Part shown: piece after piece, positions 60,292-64,000 of the stretch
Numbering within the stretch: position 1 is the first letter of the stretch
How the letters are laid out: every line of letters begins with the position of its first letter
Source of the DNA: an uncultured Thermoplasmatales archaeon
GTDB taxonomy: Archaea; Thermoplasmatota; E2; DHVEG-1
DNA: 64,000 bases
NCBI GenBank assembly: GCA_964347865.1
Contig: CAYGAC010000017.1
Span: 4-64,003 of the forward strand
Direction: 5' to 3'
Program-made: the position numbers and the translations under genes
Notes under the pieces: model-generated
Seen by the model: only the letters and a program-made list of their open reading frames with translations
The model's database searches: none
What the model was told of the DNA's origin: nothing

Positions 60292-61695
60292 ATGAAAACC
60301 AATAAAGGATACATCCTCGTTGTTACCCTATTGTTCATTGGGCTTGCTTGTGCACCATCCATTAATGCCAGTATCAACAGAGCATTCGAAAGGGACTCTG
60401 GAACAAATAGAAACAGAGCCGCTAGTTTAATTGATGGTAATCATCCACCGATTTACATCCACGGCAATGAGAATTTTACTTCTGAAAATGGTGTCACGGG
60501 TGGTAGCGGTACAGAAGAGGACCCGTATATTATTGAAGGTTGGGTTATTGTTGGAAATGGTTCCACGAGTGAGGGCATCTTTATAAACAATACTGATGCT
60601 TATTTTGTTATTCGGAATTGTACAATTTTTAATCTAACCGACAAGTATGATTCAGGTATTTTATTATTCCATGTTGAAAATGGGAGAATCGAGAATACAA
60701 TTTCATTTAGAACTCAAATAGCGATAAGAATACGATATTCTGCTCGGATTGAAATCTTTAACTGTACAAGTGATGATTATTCTACAGTATGGTTTGCATC
60801 GGGTGTTTTTTGTTATAGTTCTTCTTATGCTACTATCTCGTCATGTGATTTCCATGGCAAGGGAATTGGTATAATATTATGGAAAACATCATATAGTGTA
60901 ATTGATAACTCCTCATGCCATGACAATAGTTTTTTTGGAATAGATATTAGTAGAAAACAATCTGTACATAATACGGTAAAGGACTGTAAGATATACAATA
61001 ATACATATGAGGGAATATTCATTTATGCGGGTGATTGTAAAAGGTATTCAACTTATGCTCATATCCTTCGTTGTGACATATACAATAACGGTCTTCTCCC
61101 AGACGCTGCTAATGGAGAACCAGGTATTACAATTTGGGATGTTCATGAAAATATTATAGAGGATTGCAGTATTCATCATAATGGACTGGGGATAAAAATA
61201 GATGCTTCTCGGGGTAATATCATAAGGAATTGCAGTATTTTTGGCCACTATAAAGAATCTGGGATGATAGCTGGAGGTATTGAAATTACAAGAGACTATA
61301 TAGGTTTAGTAAGGGCTCGGAATAATAAGATTATAAACTGTGATATTTATGATAATGAGTTGGGTATATTTACATTTGGAACTTTAATGACGAAAATCGA
61401 AAAAAACAATATATCTAACAATAGCTATTTTGGAATCGCTTCATTTCTCTCTTTTTTGAACCGTATTAACTACAATAATATCTATGATAATGGTGGATTT
61501 ACGCCTGCACTGGACAGCAGCGGTGTTATGTCTCAGTTGGCATTTATCGATGCCCGTCATAACTGGTGGGGTTCATCTAAAGGTCCCAGTTGGTTGGTAT
61601 TCCAAAATCGTGGTGATAAATTGATACGATTTTTCGGTTGGGCTTCATTCCGACCCTGGGAGCGAGAGCCAATTCCTGATGCCGGCGTTAACTGA
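60292..61695 (+). CDS. secreted right-handed beta-helix repeat protein (NosD-like)
   Basis: Signal peptide ...GLACAPSINA; repeats NN.Y.GI.I, DN..GI.I, HHNGLGIKID, YDNELGIF. Confidence 0.55.
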   Translation: MKTNKGYILVVTLLFIGLACAPSINASINRAFERDSGTNRNRAASLIDGNHPPIYIHGNENFTSENGVTGGSGTEEDPYIIEGWVIVGNGSTSEGIFINNTDAYFVIRNCTIFNLTDKYDSGILLFHVENGRIENTISFRTQIAIRIRYSARIEIFNCTSDDYSTVWFASGVFCYSSSYATISSCDFHGKGIGIILWKTSYSVIDNSSCHDNSFFGIDISRKQSVHNTVKDCKIYNNTYEGIFIYAGDCKRYSTYAHILRCDIYNNGLLPDAANGEPGITIWDVHENIIEDCSIHHNGLGIKIDASRGNIIRNCSIFGHYKESGMIAGGIEITRDYIGLVRARNNKIINCDIYDNELGIFTFGTLMTKIEKNNISNNSYFGIASFLSFLNRINYNNIYDNGGFTPALDSSGVMSQLAFIDARHNWWGSSKGPSWLVFQNRGDKLIRFFGWASFRPWEREPIPDAGVN

Positions 61696-61797
61696 CAATG
61701 CCGTCACGAGTTTAGGATAACCTTTGAATGAGTGTAAAATCAAGTAAATATTAAATTGTGTCAGGCAAAAAGCCTGATTTTCCATATTTTTGTTGAG

Positions 61798-62013
61798 TTA
61801 TCTAGAATCACTTGTTTCCTTTGTGATTTTCATAGAGTGGACAGATTTTATCAAATCCTGAACTAGAGGGAAAATCGGTGTATCTATCGCTTCTGCTAGG
61901 TGTTCGAACTTGTCCTTTTTGGTGGACTTAAGGGGATAATGTTCGAACACTAGATATGAGAAAGCAGATTTAATTTTCTTTATCCTATTTTTAAGGAGAA
62001 AGTCAACCGTCAA
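61798..62013 (-). CDS. hypothetical small protein
   Basis: ORF track only. Confidence 0.2.
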   Translation of the reverse strand: MTVDFLLKNRIKKIKSAFSYLVFEHYPLKSTKKDKFEHLAEAIDTPIFPLVQDLIKSVHSMKITKETSDSR

Positions 62014-62117
62014 GTTTAGCTAGGATTGCCCCTGTTTTATTCTGAAATTAGTAAGTACTATTTTCCTCAACTGCGAGTAAATGCTTATTTAACCTTTAAG
62101 GTTCAAAAAATAAGTTT

Positions 62118-62140
62118 TTCGGTTTTGGGTATAAACCGAA
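62118..62140. repeat. hairpin repeat copy D (TTCGGTTT-tgggtat-AAACCGAA)
   Basis: Same stem family. Confidence 0.45.
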
Positions 62141-62461
62141 TAAACTGTCATCCTGAACTTCAACCCCTCTCAAGCTTTTTGCTTGTTCTTTTCCTGCCAT
62201 CTACCTGTTTATCTACTTGCTACTACTATTGTCCCTATTACTTATTACTCCATTTTTTACTATCTACTGCTTTCAATTATTCCTTGCTCCCTGTTGACTA
62301 TCATTGCCTTATATTCGTAATTGTAGACATGATTAATTGGAATTTGATGGAGGACATAAAGAAGACAGAGGAAGGAAAAAAAGAAGCGCACTCTATTATT
62401 CGATAGTTTGATTGCTTTATTGACGCTTTATTGTATAATAAAGTTAGTTACTACTCGCTTT

Positions 62462-62720
62462 TGTTATTGACTTTATTATTGGTTTCTATTATTGATTATT
62501 ATTATTATTATTATTATTATTGACCTTATTATTGTTTTTATTATTGCTCTTATTATTAGCTCTATTATTGTTATTATTATTGACTTTATTATTGACCTTA
62601 TTATTGGCTCTATTATTGACTATTATTATTGGCTATTATTATTGGCTATTATTATTTATTACTCCTGTTGTTTATTATTATTGTTGTTATTATTATTGCA
62701 TTTGTTGTTTGGTACATACG
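62462..62720. repeat. degenerate tandem minisatellite, unit ~TTATTATTG(A/G)C(T/C)(T/C), inside a ~560-bp purine-free (+ strand) tract 62160-62720
   Basis: At least 14 tandem units read directly: ttattattgacc / ttattattgttt / ttattattgctc / ttattattagctc / ... Confidence 0.7.
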
Positions 62721-62894
62721 GAATGCAATTGAAATCTACTGTTTAATAACAGAACCTAATAATCATTTACTATGAAGCGGGATATTTGGAACTAAGCGAA
62801 TGCGTGAACGTTTACTCGACGGGTTATTGGAGTTCGTACTATTGTCCAGACAAGAAGGATCTACTCGGTGATTTCACTCTTACTCTCTATTTTT

Positions 62895-63587
62895 TCAAGC
62901 AAATGCATTATTGTTGTTGGTCTTTTTTACAGATAAAATGTTTTTCACACCAGCTATCCGTAAACCATCATCATCAAAGCAACAATTTGAGATTATCAAG
63001 TTGGAAAACATCTCCTTTGTATAAGAGGAAATTCGTCCTGCAAGTCCCCTATTATCATTGAAATAACAATAAGTTATAGAGATGTTATCTATATAATCGC
63101 CAATGATGGATAACCCTCCCCACCAATCTACATAATTGTGTACGATATTACAATCAGAGATATTGATGTTTTCTATATAATCCTTCTCAGACCACGCACC
63201 AATTCCAGCTGTCCCATGCTGAACAGTAAAACCTTTAATTTCAACATCTCCAGCTGTTAATTCAAAGACCCAGTCCCGTTGGGTGGGATTACTATTAACA
63301 AAGGTGGTATTTTTATCTTCACCAATTACACGTATGGATTTATCAATCCTAACGTTTTCAATATACGTTCCATTGTAAACAAAAACCGTACCACCAGGAT
63401 TTGAATCATCAATTGCTTTCTGGATCTTTGTGTAATTACCAGGGCCACTTCCACCAACATATAAGGTTTGACCTAAAGATTCGGAAGATTCTGAAATGTT
63501 GAATCCAGTAGAATTATTATTTATTAATATGAGAATTGTAATTATTCCGAAAGCAAGGATTTTTTTTCGCAGAATTATTTCCTCCAA
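62895..63587 (-). CDS. N-terminal paralog of the beta-helix surface protein family, apparently truncated (230 aa)
   Basis: TLYVGGSGPGNYTKIQKAIDDSNPGGTVFVYNGTYIENVRIDKSIRVIGEDKNTTFV aligns with AILYVGGDGPGNYTSIQDAVDNASDGDTVFVFDD...VVVDKSIKLIGENRDTTVI of 43946..45583. It ends 175 bp before the minisatellite. Confidence 0.45.
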   Translation of the reverse strand: MEEIILRKKILAFGIITILILINNNSTGFNISESSESLGQTLYVGGSGPGNYTKIQKAIDDSNPGGTVFVYNGTYIENVRIDKSIRVIGEDKNTTFVNSNPTQRDWVFELTAGDVEIKGFTVQHGTAGIGAWSEKDYIENINISDCNIVHNYVDWWGGLSIIGDYIDNISITYCYFNDNRGLAGRISSYTKEMFSNLIISNCCFDDDGLRIAGVKNILSVKKTNNNNAFA

Positions 63588-63679
63588 TTATAATAATAGA
63601 TGGTATGATATTTAAATTCTATCATCCTCAGTAGATAAATAAATATATCAGTTCTTCATTATAAATAATGGGGACTGTT

Positions 63680-64000
63680 ATGGTAAAGGATAGCCTTCTA
63701 AAGAAAGTTTTAGCAGTTACTGCTATTATCTTTTTTATCGGATTGGCATTTACACCATCTATCAATGCCGAAAATAAAAAAGTAGACAAAAGGATAGAGT
63801 TTACCGTTTCAAATTATAGAGAGAATGGTAGAGTTGAAAAAACGACCATTAAACTATCTAGGGAAAAAGCATTAGAGTTAGCAAACCAAATCAAACAATC
63901 TGATAACCCAGAAGAGCAGTTTTTATTGTATAAAGAGTATGGGATTATACCAAAGGATGTTACTAGGGAACAGTTAAGACAGAAGATGCTCAAGGTTGCA
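63680..64000 (+). CDS. secreted protein, 5' partial at window end
   Basis: MVKDSLLKKVLAVTAIIFFIGLAFTPSINA shares the ...PSINA signal-peptide end with the 60292 gene; runs off the window. Confidence 0.4.
   Translation, partial: MVKDSLLKKVLAVTAIIFFIGLAFTPSINAENKKVDKRIEFTVSNYRENGRVEKTTIKLSREKALELANQIKQSDNPEEQFLLYKEYGIIPKDVTREQLRQKMLKVA

Noticed and set aside
62026-62746. ORFs 62026..62406, 62492..62746, 62520..62732 (poly-Leu/Ile 'proteins')
   Set aside because: They are translations of the purine-free tract and minisatellite, so they are repeat artefacts.
62786-63061. 91-aa plus ORF
   Set aside because: Antisense to the beta-helix paralog.
1-64000. CRISPR arrays, rRNA and tRNA genes
   Set aside because: No regularly spaced direct repeats, no rRNA-like GC-rich stretches and no convincing cloverleaf candidates were found in the intergenic regions inspected. 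tRNAscan/Infernal was not run, so small RNAs cannot be fully excluded.

Overview
AT-rich (~32% GC) archaeal-type chromosomal window with two distinct halves. Positions 1-35.5 kb are a gene-dense core of anaerobic energy and carbon metabolism. It carries MtnA with a class II aldolase partner, two CBS proteins, a lone RusA resolvase, UspA, CoaBC, AsnA-type asparagine synthetase and a tungsten-type AOR with ferredoxin and a MoaD-like protein. It also carries a CoA-transferase with tandem HdrA-like genes (one fused to MvhD) and an HdrD-like CCG protein, then a hydantoinase A/B + OYE enoate reductase + ferredoxin operon. The last core block is acyl-CoA dehydrogenase / MaoC / SDR / split methylmalonyl-CoA mutase, ending with IorAB. 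At about 35.5 kb the character changes abruptly to a variable, accessory region. Its first features are a 5' remnant of a TrpB2-like gene with an in-frame stop and a truncated radical-SAM (SPL-like) fragment. It contains nested inverted repeats and a plus-strand module encoding a divergent PCNA-like clamp with a long acidic C-terminal tail. It also holds an IS200/IS605 TnpA, a family of five dispersed TTCGGTT...AACCGAA hairpin repeats that bracket gene blocks, and paralogous secreted beta-helix/PKD surface proteins. Further on are many membrane proteins, a pyrimidine-strand minisatellite and a defence-like island. The most interesting candidate is a minus-strand operon headed by a TIR-domain protein, followed by an FCS/TRASH zinc-ribbon tail-anchored protein, an HNH nuclease and two multi-TM proteins. 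It is divergently paired with a DUF4062-like (TIR-related Rossmann) gene and flanked by HEPN-like and AbrB-type genes and by a methyltransferase C-terminal remnant. No rRNA, tRNA or CRISPR array was detected by eye.
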